DNA of 64,000 nucleotides from the human T2T-CHM13v2.0 reference genome, Homo sapiens. The stretch is taken from NCBI RefSeq assembly GCF_009914755.1, contig NC_060940.1, one strand, 5' to 3'. The position numbers and the translations under genes were made by a program. This document shows, piece by piece, positions 41,401 through 55,000 of the stretch. The notes beneath the pieces are model-generated. The model was not told the DNA's origin and ran no database searches. It worked only from the letters and a program-made list of their open reading frames with translations. The first letter of the stretch is position 1; every line of letters starts with the position of its first letter.

Positions 41401-44400
41401 GACTCAATTTGGTGATGATTCAATTCGATGACATTCGATGACTCCATTCAATTTCATTTGATGATGATTACATTCGAGTCCATTTGATGATTGTATTCCT
41501 TTCCTTTTGATGATTATTCCATTCGTGTCTATTCAAAGGTTCCATTCTATTCCATTCAATGATGATTGCATTTGATTCCATTCAATGATTATGGCTATCG
41601 ATTCCACTCGTTGATTCCATTTGATTCCGTTCGATGATTATTCCGTTAGATTCCATTAGAAGATTCCATTCGATTTTATTCAATGATTCCAATGGATTCC
41701 ATTCAATGATGATTCCATTCGACTCCATTCAGTGATTCCATTCGAGTCCATTTGATGATTCTATTCTTTTCCATTTGATGATGATTCCATTAGGGTCCAT
41801 TCAATGATTCCATTCGAGTCCATTCGTTAATGCCTTTCGAGTCCTTTTGATCACTACATTCGAGTCCATTCAATGATTCTATTCGATTCCATTCCATGAT
41901 GATTCCATTCGAGTTCATTCGATGATTGCATTCGAGTCCATTTGATGATTCCATATGATTCCATTCGACAATGATTCCATTCGTGTCCATTTGATGATTC
42001 CATTCATTTCCTATCGATGAAGATTCCATTCAAGTGTATTCGATGATTCCATTCAAATCCATTCGATGATGATTCCATTCCAGTCCATTCGATCATTCCA
42101 CTTGATTCCATTTGATGACTATTCCATTCAAATCCATTTGATGATTCCATTCGATTCCATTCGATGTTACCATTCGAGTATATACGATGATTCCACTCGA
42201 TTCCATTTGATGATTATTCCATTGGAGTCCACTTAGTGAATCCTTTAGATTCTACTCGAAGATGATTCCATTCGAGTCCATTCGATGATACCATTCAATT
42301 CCATTCGTTGATGCTTCCATTCAAGTGCATTCGATGATATCATTCGATTCCATTTGATGATAATTCCATTTGATTCCATGTGATGATTCTATTCGATTCC
42401 ATTCAATGATAATTCCATTCAATTCAGTGATTCCTCTGGACTCCATTTGATGATGATTCCATTCAATGATTCCATTCGATTCTATTCGAAAATGATTCCA
42501 TTTGAATCCATTTGATGATGATTCCATTGGATTCAATTTGATGATTCCATTCGATTCCATTCGATGATGATTCCATTCGATTCCTTTTGATGAATCCATT
42601 CTATTGTATTCGATGATGATTCCATTCGATTCCATTCGATGATGATTGGATTCGATTCCATTTGATGATTTCATTTGATTCCATTCGATAATGATTTCGA
42701 TCAATTTCATTCGATGATTCCATTCGATTCCATTCGATAATGATTACATCCGAGTCCATTCGATGATTCCATTTGAGCCCGTTCGATAATTCCATTTGAG
42801 TCCAATCAATGATTCCATTCATTTCCATTCAATGATTCCATTCGAGTCCATTTGATCATTCCGGTAGGGTCCGTTCGATGTTGATTCCATTGGAGTGCAT
42901 TCGATGATTCCATTCGAGTCCATTTTAGGATTTGATTCGAGTCCTTTCGATGATTCCATTCGATTCCACTCGATGATTTCATTCGAGTCCATTCGACACT
43001 TCCAATCGATTCCATTTGATGTTTCCATTCGATTCCAATTGATGATTCCATTCAATTCCATTCGATGATGATTCCGTACGATTCCATTCTGTGATGATTC
43101 CATGTGATTGCATTCAATGATGATTCCTTTCGATTGCATTCGATTATGATTCATTTCGTGTTCATTCTATGGTTCCACAGGTTTCCATTCGATGATGTTT
43201 CCATTCGTGTCCATTCCATTATTCCATTCTATTCCATTTGAAGATGATTCCATTCGATTCCATTCATTGGTGATTCCACTCAATTCCATTCAATGATTCC
43301 ATTCCATTTCTTTCAACAATGATTCCATTAGTTTCTATTCGATGATCCACTTGATTCCATTTGACGATGATTCCATTCGTGTCCATTCGATGATTCCATT
43401 TGATTCCATATGATGATGATTCCATTCGATTCCATACGATGATGATTCCATTCGAGTCCATTCAATGGTGATTCCATTCAATTCCATTCGATGATTCCTT
43501 TCGATTCCATTCAATGATGATGGCATTCGATTCCTTTCGATCATTCCCTTTGATTCCATTCAAAGGTGATTTCATTCAAGTGCATTCGATAATTGCATTC
43601 GATTCCATTCTATGATGATTCCATTCGAGTCCATTTGATGATTCCATTCAATTCAAGTCAATGATGATTCCATTCGATTCCACTCGATGATTCCATTGGA
43701 TTCCATTCGATGATGATTCCATTCAAATCCATTCGATAATTCAATTCAAGTCCATTCGATGATGATTCCAATCGAATCCATTCAAAGATTCCACTCAATT
43801 CCATTCGATGATGATTCCCTTAGATTCCATTCGATGATTCCACTTGATTCCATTTACGATGATTCCATTCGATTCCATGTGATGATTCCATTCAATTCTA
43901 TTCAATGATGTTTCCACTTGATTCCATTCGAACATGATTGCCTTTGATTCCATTCAATGATTCCATACGGTTCCATTTGATGATGATTCCATTCGAGTGC
44001 ATTAGATGATTCCATTCGAGTCCATTCGATGATTCCATTCGATTCCATTCGATGTTGATTCTGTTCAAATCCATTCGATGATTCCACTCGATTCCATTCG
44101 ATGACTCCATTTGATCCCATTCGATGATTTCCTTTGATTCCCTTTGATGATCATTCCATTTGATTCAATTCGGTGATTTCATTTGATTCCATTCAGTGAT
44201 GTTTCCATTCAACTCCTTTCGATGATGATTCCATTCGACTCCATTCGATTATGATTTCATTCAATTCCATTCGATAATGATTCCCTTCAAGTCCATTCGA
44301 TGATTCCATTCGATTCCATTCAACGATGATTTGATTCGTGTCCATTCGATGATTCCATTTGATTCCATTTGATGATGATTCCATTCGAGTCCCTTTCATG

Positions 44401-45472
44401 ATTCCATTCAATTCCATTCTCCGATGATTTCTTTTGAGCCCATTCAATGCTTCCACTCGATTCCATATGATGATGACTCCATTTGATGAAATTCCGTGAT
44501 GATTCCATTCGCTTGCATTCGATGATGATTCCACTTGAGTCCGTTAGAAGATTCTATTCAATTACATTCCATGACGATTCTGTTCGAGTCCATTTGATGA
44601 TTCCATTAGACTCCATTTGACGATGATTCCATTCGATGTTATTCGATGATGATTCCATTCAACTCCATTCGATGTTTCCATTCGAGTTCATTCTATTATT
44701 CCATTAGATTCCATTCGATGATGATTCCATTCGATTCCATTTGATGATTGCATTCTATTTCATTTGATGATGATTCCATTCGAGTCCATTCGATGATTCC
44801 ATTCGAGTCCATTTAATGAATCCATTGGTTTCAATTCTATGATGATTACATTGGATTCCATTCGTTGATGATTTCATTCGATTCCATTCAATGATGATTC
44901 CATTCAATTCCATTCAATAATTCCATTCAATTCCATACGATGATGATTCCATTTGATTTGATTCGACAGTGAGCCATTCGATTCAATTCCATGATGATTC
45001 TATTTTATTCAATTGGTTGACATTTCCATTCGATTCCATTCGATGATGATTCCCTTTGATTCCATTCAAAGATGATTCCATTCTACCCATTCAATCATTC
45101 CATTCGATTCTATTCAATGATGATTCCATTCATGTCGATTTGGTGATTCCATTTGACTTCATTTGATGATGATTCCTTTCAAGTTCATTAGATGATTCCA
45201 TTCGATTCCATTTGATGATGATCCCATTCGAGTCCATTCAGTGATTCCACTCGTTTCCATTCCATGATGATTCCATTCCATTCCATTCAATGATTCCATT
45301 CGATTCCGTTTGATGATGATTTCATTCGAGTCCATTTGATGATTCCATTTGATTCCATTCGATGATGATTACATTCGAGTCCATACGATGATTCCACTCA
45401 ATTCCATATGATGATGATTCCATTCGATTCCATTCGATGATTCCATTCTATTCTATTCAATGGCGATTCCAT
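35481..45472 (+). repeat. Unit X, copy 3 (9,992 bp)
   Basis: Offset 25294 from copy 2. It has a 1-bp deletion at ~45085 (ttctacccat vs ttctagcccat at ~19790). Confidence 0.92.
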
Positions 45473-48400
45473 TCGAGTACATTAGATGATTCCATTCGAT
45501 TCCATTCAATGATGATTCTATTTGTGTCCCTTAGATGGTTCCACATGATTCCATTTCATGATGATACTATTTGAGCCCATCCAATGATTCCCTTCGATTC
45601 CATTCGATGAGGATTCCATTCGATTCAATTCATTGGTGATTCTATTCAATTCAATTCTTTGATTCAATTCCATTCCATTCGACAATGATTCCATTCGATT
45701 TCTTTCGATGATTCCACTCGATTCCACTTGACATTGATTCCATTCGATTCCATTCAATGATTCCGTTTGATTCCAGTGGATGATGATTGCCATCGATTCC
45801 ATTCGATCACTCCATTCTATTCCATTTGATGATGATTACATTCGATTCCATTTGATGATTCCATCTGATTCTATTCGAGGATTCCATTTGATTCCATTCG
45901 ATGATGATTCCATTCGAGTGCATTCGATGATTTCATTCGAGTACATCCAATGATTCCATTCGAGTCCATTTGATGATTCCATTTAATTCCATTTGATTAT
46001 GATTCTACTAGAGTCCATTCAATGACTCCATTCGAATCCATTCAACAATTCCATTCGAGGCCATTCGATGATTCCATTTCATGATTCCATTCGAGTCCAT
46101 TTAATCATTACAGTCGAGTCCATTTGGTGATTCCTTTCAATTCCATTCTATGATGATTCCATTCGAGTCCATTCGATGATTCCATTCGATTGCATTCGAT
46201 GATTCCATTATATTCCATTCAACAATGATTCCATTCGAGTCCATTTGATGATTCCATTAGAGTACATTAAATGATTGCTTTGTTTTCAATTCGAAGATGA
46301 TTACATTGGATTCCATTCTATGATACCATTCGATTCCATTCAATGATGATTCCACTCAAATCCATTGGATGATTCCATTCGTGTCCATTCGGTGATTTCA
46401 TTAGATTCCATTCGAGGATGATTCCATTCGATTCCATTCGATGATTCCATTCAATTCCATTCGATGATGATTCCATTCCAGTCCATATGATCATTCCATT
46501 TGATTTCATTCGATGATGATTCCATTCGATTCCATTCGATGATTCCATTCTATTCCATTCGATGATGATTCCATTCGAGTCCATTCGATGATTCCATTCG
46601 AGTCCATTTAATGATTCCATTGGGTTCAATTCAATGATGATTACATTGGATTCCGTTCTATGATTCCATTCAATTCCGTTCATTGACAATTTGATTCCAT
46701 TCGATGATGATTCCATTTGAGTTCATTCGATGATTCTATTCGATTCTCTTCGATGGTGATTCAATTCTATTATATTGGATGATTCCATTCGATTCCATTT
46801 GATGTTGATTCAATTCGATTCTATTCGATGATGATTCCATTGGATTTCACTTGATGATTCTATTCGATTCCATTCAATGATGATTCACTTCTCGTCCATT
46901 GGATGATTCCATTTCATTCCATTCGATGATGATTCCATTCGATTCCATTCGATGATTCCATTTGATTCCATGCGTCGGTGAGCAATTCGATTCAATTCCA
47001 TGATGATTCTATTTGATTCAATTAGATGATGTTTCCATTCGAATCCATTCCATGATTATTCCATTGGAATCCATTCGGCGATGATTCCATATGAGTCAAT
47101 TCAATGATGATTCCATATGGGTCCGTTCGATGATAATTCCATTTGATTTCATTCGATGCTTCTATTCAATTCCAGTCGATGATGATTCCGTTGGAGTCCA
47201 TACGATGATTCCATTTGATTTCATTTCATGATGATTCCATTCGATGATGATTACATTGGATTCCATTCTGTGATTCCATTCAATTCCATTCGTTGATGAT
47301 TCGATTCCATACAATGATGATTCCATTTGAGTTCATTCGATGATTCTATTCGATTCCGTTCGATGGTGATTCAATTCTCTTATATTGGATGAATCCACTC
47401 GATTCCATTTGATGATTATTCCACTGGAGTCCACTTAGTGAATCCTTCAGATTCTACTCGAAGATGATTCCATTCATGTCCATTCGATGATACCATTCAA
47501 TTCCATTCGTTGATGCTTCCATTCAAGTGCATTCGATGATATCATTCGATTCCATTTGATGATAATTCCATTTGATTCCATGCGATGATTCTATTCGATT
47601 CCATTCAATGATAATTCCATTCAATTCAGTGATTCCTCTGGACTCCATTTGATGATGATTCCATTCAATGATTCTATTCGATTCTATTCGATAATGATTC
47701 CATTTGAATCCATTTGATGATGATTCCATTCGATTCCATTCGATTCCATTTGACGATGATTTGATTCGTGTCCATTCGATGATTCCATTTGATTCCACTT
47801 GATGAGGATTCCATTCGAGTCCATTTGATGATTCCATTCAATTCCATTCTCCGATGATTTCTTTTGAGCCCATTCAATGCTTCCACTCGATTACATATGA
47901 TGATGACTCCATTCGATGAAACTCGATGATGATTCCATTCGCTTGGATTCGATGATGATTCCACTTGAGTCCGTTAGAAGATTCTATTCAATTACATTCC
48001 ATGACGATTCCGTTCGAGTCCATTTGATGATTCCATTACACTCCATTCGACAATGATTCCATTCAATGTTATTCGATGATTCCATTCGATCTCATTCGAT
48101 GATGATTCCATTCAACTCCATTCGATGTTTCCATTCGAGTTCATTCTATTATTCCATTAGATTCCATTCGATGATGATTCCATTCGATTCCATTTGATGA
48201 TTGCATTCTATTTCATTTGATGATGATTCCATTCGAGTCCATTCGATGATTCCATTCGAGTCCATTTAATGAATCCATTGGTTTCAATTCTATGATGATT
48301 ATATTGGATTCCATTCGTTGATGATTTCATTCGATTCCATTCAATGATGATTCCATTCAATTCCATTCAATGATTCCATTCAATTCCATACGATGATGAT

Positions 48401-49096
48401 TCCATTTGATTTGATTCGACAGTGAGCCATTCGATTCAATTCCATGATGATTCTATTTGATTCACTTGGTTGACATTTCCATTCGGTTCCATTCGATGAT
48501 GATTCCATTTGATTCCATTCAAAGATGATTCCATTCTAGCCCATTCAATCATTCCATTCGATTCTATTCAATGATGATTCCATTCATGTCGATTTGGTGA
48601 TTCCATTTGACTTCATTTGATGATGATTCCTTTCAAGTTCATTAGATGATTCCATTCGATTCCATTTGATGATGATCCCATTCGAGTCCATTCAGTGATT
48701 CCACTCGTTTCCATTCCATGATGATTCCATTCCATTCCATTCAATGATTCCATTCGATTCCGTTTGATGATGATTTCATTCGAGTCCATTTGATGATTCC
48801 ATTTGATTCCATTCGATGATGATTCCATTCGAGTCCATTCGATGATTCTATTCGAATCCATTTGATGATTTCTTTTGATTATATTTGGTGATGATTCCAT
48901 TGGAGTCCATTCAATGATTCCATTCGATTCCAATCGATGGTGGTTCCATTAGAGTCCATTTAATGATTCCATTTGATTCCAGTCTCTGATGTTTACATTC
49001 GAGTCCATACGATGATTCCACTCAATTCCATATGATGATGATTCCATTCGATTCCATTCGATGATTCCATTCTATTCTATTCAATGGTGATTCCAT
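45473..49096 (+). repeat. Short unit Y, copy 2 (3,624 bp)
   Basis: Offset 25293 from 20180-23803, with the same junctions. Confidence 0.9.
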
Positions 49097-52000
49097 TCGA
49101 GTACATTAGATGATTCCATTCGATTCCATTCAATGATGATTCTACTTGTGTCCGTTAGATGATTCCACATGATTCCATTAGATGATGATACTATTTGAGC
49201 CCATCCAATGATTCCCTTCGATTCCATTCGATGAGGATTCCATTCGATTCAATTCATTGGTGATTCTATTCAATTCAATTCTTTGATTCAATTCCATTCC
49301 ATTCGACAATGATTCCATTCGATTTCTTTCGATGATTCCACTCAATTTCACTTGACATTGATTCCATTCGATTCCATTCAATGATTCCATTTGATTCCAG
49401 TGGATGATGATTGCCGTCGATTCCATTCGATCACTCCATTCTGTTCCATTTGATGATGATTACATTCGATTCCATTTGATGATTCCATCTGATTCTATTC
49501 GAGGATTCCATTTGATTCCATTCGATGATGATTCCATTCGAGTCCATTCGATGATTTCATTCGAGTACATCCAATGATTCCATTCGAGTCCATTTGATGA
49601 TTCCATTTCATTCCATTTGATTATGATTCTACTAGAGTCCATTCAATGACTCCATTCGAGTCCATTCAACAGTTCCATCCGAGTCCATTCGGTGATTCCA
49701 TTCGTTTCCATTTGATGATTCCATTCGAGTCCATTTAATCATTACAGTCGAGTCCATTTGGTGATTCCACTGGATTTCTTTTGATAATGATACCATTCAA
49801 TTACATTTGATGATGATCCCATTCAATTTCATTTGATGATGATTCCATTAGAGTCCATTCCATGATTTCATTCGAGTCCCTTCATTGATTCCATCCGATT
49901 TCATTTCATGATGACTCCATTCGAGTCCATTCGATGATTCCACTCGATTCCTTTAGATGATTCCATTGGAGTCCATTTGATTGTTCCATTCGATTCCATT
50001 CGATTCCTTTCGAAGATTATTCCATTTGAGTCCATTCGATGATGATTCCATTCCATTCCATTCGATGATTCCGTTTGATTCCATTCGATGATTCCCTGTG
50101 ATTCCTTTCTATGATGATTCCATTCCATTCCATTCAATGATTCCATTCGAATCTATTCCATGATGATTCCTTTCGATTCCATTCGCTGATGTTTCCGTTC
50201 AATTCCATTCGATGATGATTCCATTCGATTCCATTCATTGAGGATTCCATTGGATTCCATTCAATGATGATTCCATTCTATTCCATTCAATGATTGCATT
50301 CAATTCCATTCAATGATTATGCCATTAGAGTAAATTCAACGATTCCATTCAATACCATTCGATGATGATTCCTTTTGAGTCCATTCAATGATTTCATTCA
50401 AGTCCATTTGATGATTCCTTTCAATTCCATTCCATGATGATTCCATTCGAGTCCATTCGATGATTCCATTCGATTGCATTCGATGATTCCATTATATTCC
50501 ATTCAACGATGATTCCATTCGAGTCCATTCGATGATTCCATTAGAGTACATTTAATGATTGCTTTGTTTTCAATTCGAAGATGATTACATTGGATTCCAT
50601 TCTATGATTCCATTCGATTCCATTCATTGATGATTCCACCCAATTCCATTCGATGATGATTCCATTCGATTTCAATGATTCTACTCGATTCCATTCAATG
50701 ATGATTCAATTCTATTCCGTTTGATGATTCCATTAGATTCCATTCTATGATGATTCCATTCGAGTCCATTCGAAGATTTCATTCGATTACATTCCATGAC
50801 GATTCCATTCGAGTCCATTCGATGATTCCATTTGAATCCATTCGACGATGATTCCATTTGATGCTATTCGATGATTCCATTGGATTCCATTCGATGATGA
50901 TTCCATTCGACTTGATTTGATGTTTCTATTTGAGTCCATTCGGTTATTTTATTAGACTACATTCGATGATGATTCCATTCGATGCCATTCAATGATTCCA
51001 TTTGATTCCACTCAATGATGATTGCATTCGTGTCCATTCGATGATTCCATTTGGTTCCATTTGATGATGATTCCATTCGAGTCCATTCGATGATACCATT
51101 CAATTCCATTCGATGATCATTCCATTCGAATCCATTTGATGATTCCACTCAATTCCATTTGATGACTCCTTTCATTCCCATTCGATGATTCCCTTCAGTT
51201 CCAATTGGATGATCTTTCCATTTGATTCAATATGGTGACTCCATTCTATTATATTCAATGATGATTCCATTCGACTCCATTAGATGATGACTCCATTCCA
51301 TTCCATTCGATTGTGATTTCATTCGATTCCATTCGAAGATGATTCCATTCGAGTCCATTTGATGATTCCATTCGATTCCATTCAATGATGATTCCACTCA
51401 AATCCATTGGATGATTCCATTCGTTTCCAATTGGTGATTTCATTAGATTCCATTCGAGGATGATTCTATTCGAGTCCATTCAATGATTCCATTGGATTCC
51501 GTTTGATAATGATTCCATTAGAGTTCATTCGATGATTCCCTTCGAGTCCATTCGATTATTTCTTTTGATTCCATTTGATGATGATTCCATTCGATTCCAT
51601 TCAATGATTCCATTCCATTCCATTCGATGATGATTCCATTCGATAATGATTACATTCAAGCCCATGTGATGATTCCATTAGATTCTATTCAATGATGATT
51701 CCATTCGACCACATTCGATGATGGCATTCGAGTCCATTCGATGATTTCACTCGATTCCACTTGATGATGATTCCTTTTGAGTCCATTTGATGATTACATT
51801 CGAGTCCATGAGATGACTCCATTCGATTCCATTTCATGATGATGCAATTCGAGGCTATTCGATCATCCCATTTTAGTGCATTCGGTGATTCTCTTTTATT
51901 ACATTCGATGAGGGCTCCATTCGAGTCCATTCAATGATTCCATTAGATTCCACTCGATGATGATTCCATTTGAGTCCATTCAAAGATTCCTTTCGAGTCC

Positions 52001-55000
52001 ATTCGATAATTCTATTGGATTCCACTAGGTGATGATTCCTTTCGAGTCAATTCGATGATTCCTTTCAAGTGCCTTCAATGATTCCATTCGATTCCATTCG
52101 ATGACGATTCATTTCAAGTCCATTCAATGGTTCCATTCTGTTGAATTTGATGGTTCCATTTGATTCCATTCGATGATGATTCCATTCGTGTCCATTGGAT
52201 GATTCCATTCGATTCCTTTCGAGGAAGATTCCATTCGACTCCATTCGATGATTCCGTTCGATTCCATTCCATGATGATTCCATTTGATTCCATTCCATGA
52301 TTCCATTCGATACCATTCGATGATGATTCCATTCGACTCCATTTGATGAATCCATTCAATGCTTCCATTCGAGTCCATTCGATGATTCCATTCGATTCCA
52401 TTCCATGAAGATTCCATTCGAGTACATTTGATGATTCCATTTAATTCCATAGGATGATGATTCTATTAGGGTCCGTTGACTATTCCATTCAATTCCATTC
52501 GAAGATTCCATTCGAGTCCACTCGATGATTCTATTTGATTCCATTTGATAATTCCATTCGATTCCATTTGATGTTGATTCCATTCGAGTCCATTCGATCA
52601 TTATTACATTTGATTCTATTCGATGATTCCATTCGATTCCATTTGATGAGGATTCCATTCGAGACCATTTGATGATTCCATTCAATTCCATTGGATGATT
52701 CCAATATTTTCCATTAGATGATGATTCCATTCGATTCCATTCAATGATGATTCCATCAGAATCCATTCGATGATGACTCCTTTTGCTTCCATTCAATGAT
52801 CATTACATTCGGTTCCATTCGATGATGATTCCTTTGGATTCCATTCGATGATGCTTCCATTCGATTCCATTTGATGATGATTCTTTTCGATTCCATTTGA
52901 TGATGATTCCATTTGATTCCATTCGATGGTGATTCCATTTGATGATTCCATTCGATTGTATTCGATGATGATTCCACTCGATTCTATTTGATGATGACTG
53001 CATTCGATTCCATTTGATGATTCCATTTGATTCCATTCGATGATGATTCTGATCAATTGCATTCGATGATCCATTCGATTCCATTTGATGGTTCCATTTG
53101 ATTCCATTTGATAATGATTCCTTTCGAGTCCATTCGATGATTCCATTTGCGGATATTCGATAATTCCATTTGAGTCCAACCGATGATTCCATTCGAGGCC
53201 ATTCAATCATTCTTTTTGAGTCCTTTCGATAAAGATTCCATTTTAGTCCATTCAATAATTCCACTGGAGTCCATTCGATGATTGCTTTTAATTCCATTCG
53301 ATGATATTCCATTCGAGTCCATTCGATGATTCCATTCGTTGCTATTAGATGATGATTCCATTCATGACCATTTGGTGATTCCATTCGATTTCATTCGTTG
53401 ATGATTCCATTCGAGTCCATTCCATGATTCCATTCAAGTCCATTTGAAGATTTCTTTGAATTCAATTCGATGATGATTCCATTCGAGTCCATTCGATGAT
53501 TCCATTCAGTTCCATTCGATGATGATTCCTTTCGAGACCATATGATGATTCCATTTGATTTCATTCGATGATGATTCCATTCGATTCCATTCGATGATTC
53601 CATTCTATTCCATTCGATGATGATTCCATTCGAGTCCATTTAATGATTCCATTGGGTTCAATTCAATGATGATTACATTGGATTCTCTTCTATGATACCA
53701 TTCAATTCCGTTCATTGACAATTTGATTCCATTCGATGATGATTCCATTTGAGTTCATTCGATGATTCTATTCGATTCTCTTCGATGGTGATTCAATTCT
53801 ATTATATTGGATGATTCCATTCGATTCCATTTGATGTTGATTCAATTCGATTCTATTCGATGATGATTCCATTGGATTTCATTTGATGATTCTATTCGAT
53901 TCCATTCAATGATGATTCACTTCTCGTCCATTGGATGATTCCATTTCATTCCATTCGATGATGATTCCATTCGATTCCATTCGATGATTCCATTTGATTC
54001 CATTCGACGGTGAGCAATTCGATTCAATTCCATGATGATTCTATTTGATTCAGTTAGATGATGTTTCCATTCGAATCCATTCCATGATTATTCCATTGGA
54101 ATCCATTCGGCGATGATTCCATATGAGTCAATTCAATGATGCTTCCATATGGGTCAGTTCGATGATAATTCCATTTGATTTCATTCGATGCTTCTATTCA
54201 ATTCCAGTCGATGATGATTCCGTTGGAGTCCATACGATGACTCCATTTGATTTCATTTGATGGTGATTCCATTCGATTCCATTCGATGACTCCATTCTGT
54301 TCCATTCGATGATGATTCCATTCGAGTCCATTCGATGATTCCATTCGAGTCCATTTCATGATTCCATTGGGTTCAATTCGATGATGATTACACTGGATTC
54401 CATTCTATGATTCCATTCAATTCCATTCGTTGATGATTCGATTCCATTCAATGATGATTCCATTTGAGTTCATTCGATGATTCTATTCGATTCCGTTCGA
54501 TGGTGATTCAATTCTATTATATTGGATGATTCCATTCGATTCCATTTGATGATGATTCCATTCGATTCCATTCGATGATGATTCCATTTGATTCCATTTG
54601 ATGTTGATTCTATTCGATTCTATTCAATGATGATTCCATTCGATTTCATTTGATGATTCTATTCGATTCCTTTCGATGATTCTATTCCATTCCATTCGAT
54701 GATGATTCAATTCTCTTCCATTGGATGATTCCATTTTATTCCATTCGACGATGACTCCATTTGATTCCATTCAATGATGATTCCATTCGATTCCATTCGG
54801 TGATTCCATTTGATTCCATTCGACGGTGAGCAATTTGATTCAATTCCATAATGATTCTATTTGATTCAATTAGATGATGTTTCCATTCGAATCCATTCGG
54901 TGATGATTCCATTGGTATCCATTCGACGATGATTCCATATGAGTCAATTCGATGATGATTCCATACGAGTCCGTTGGATGATAATTCCATTTGATTTCAT

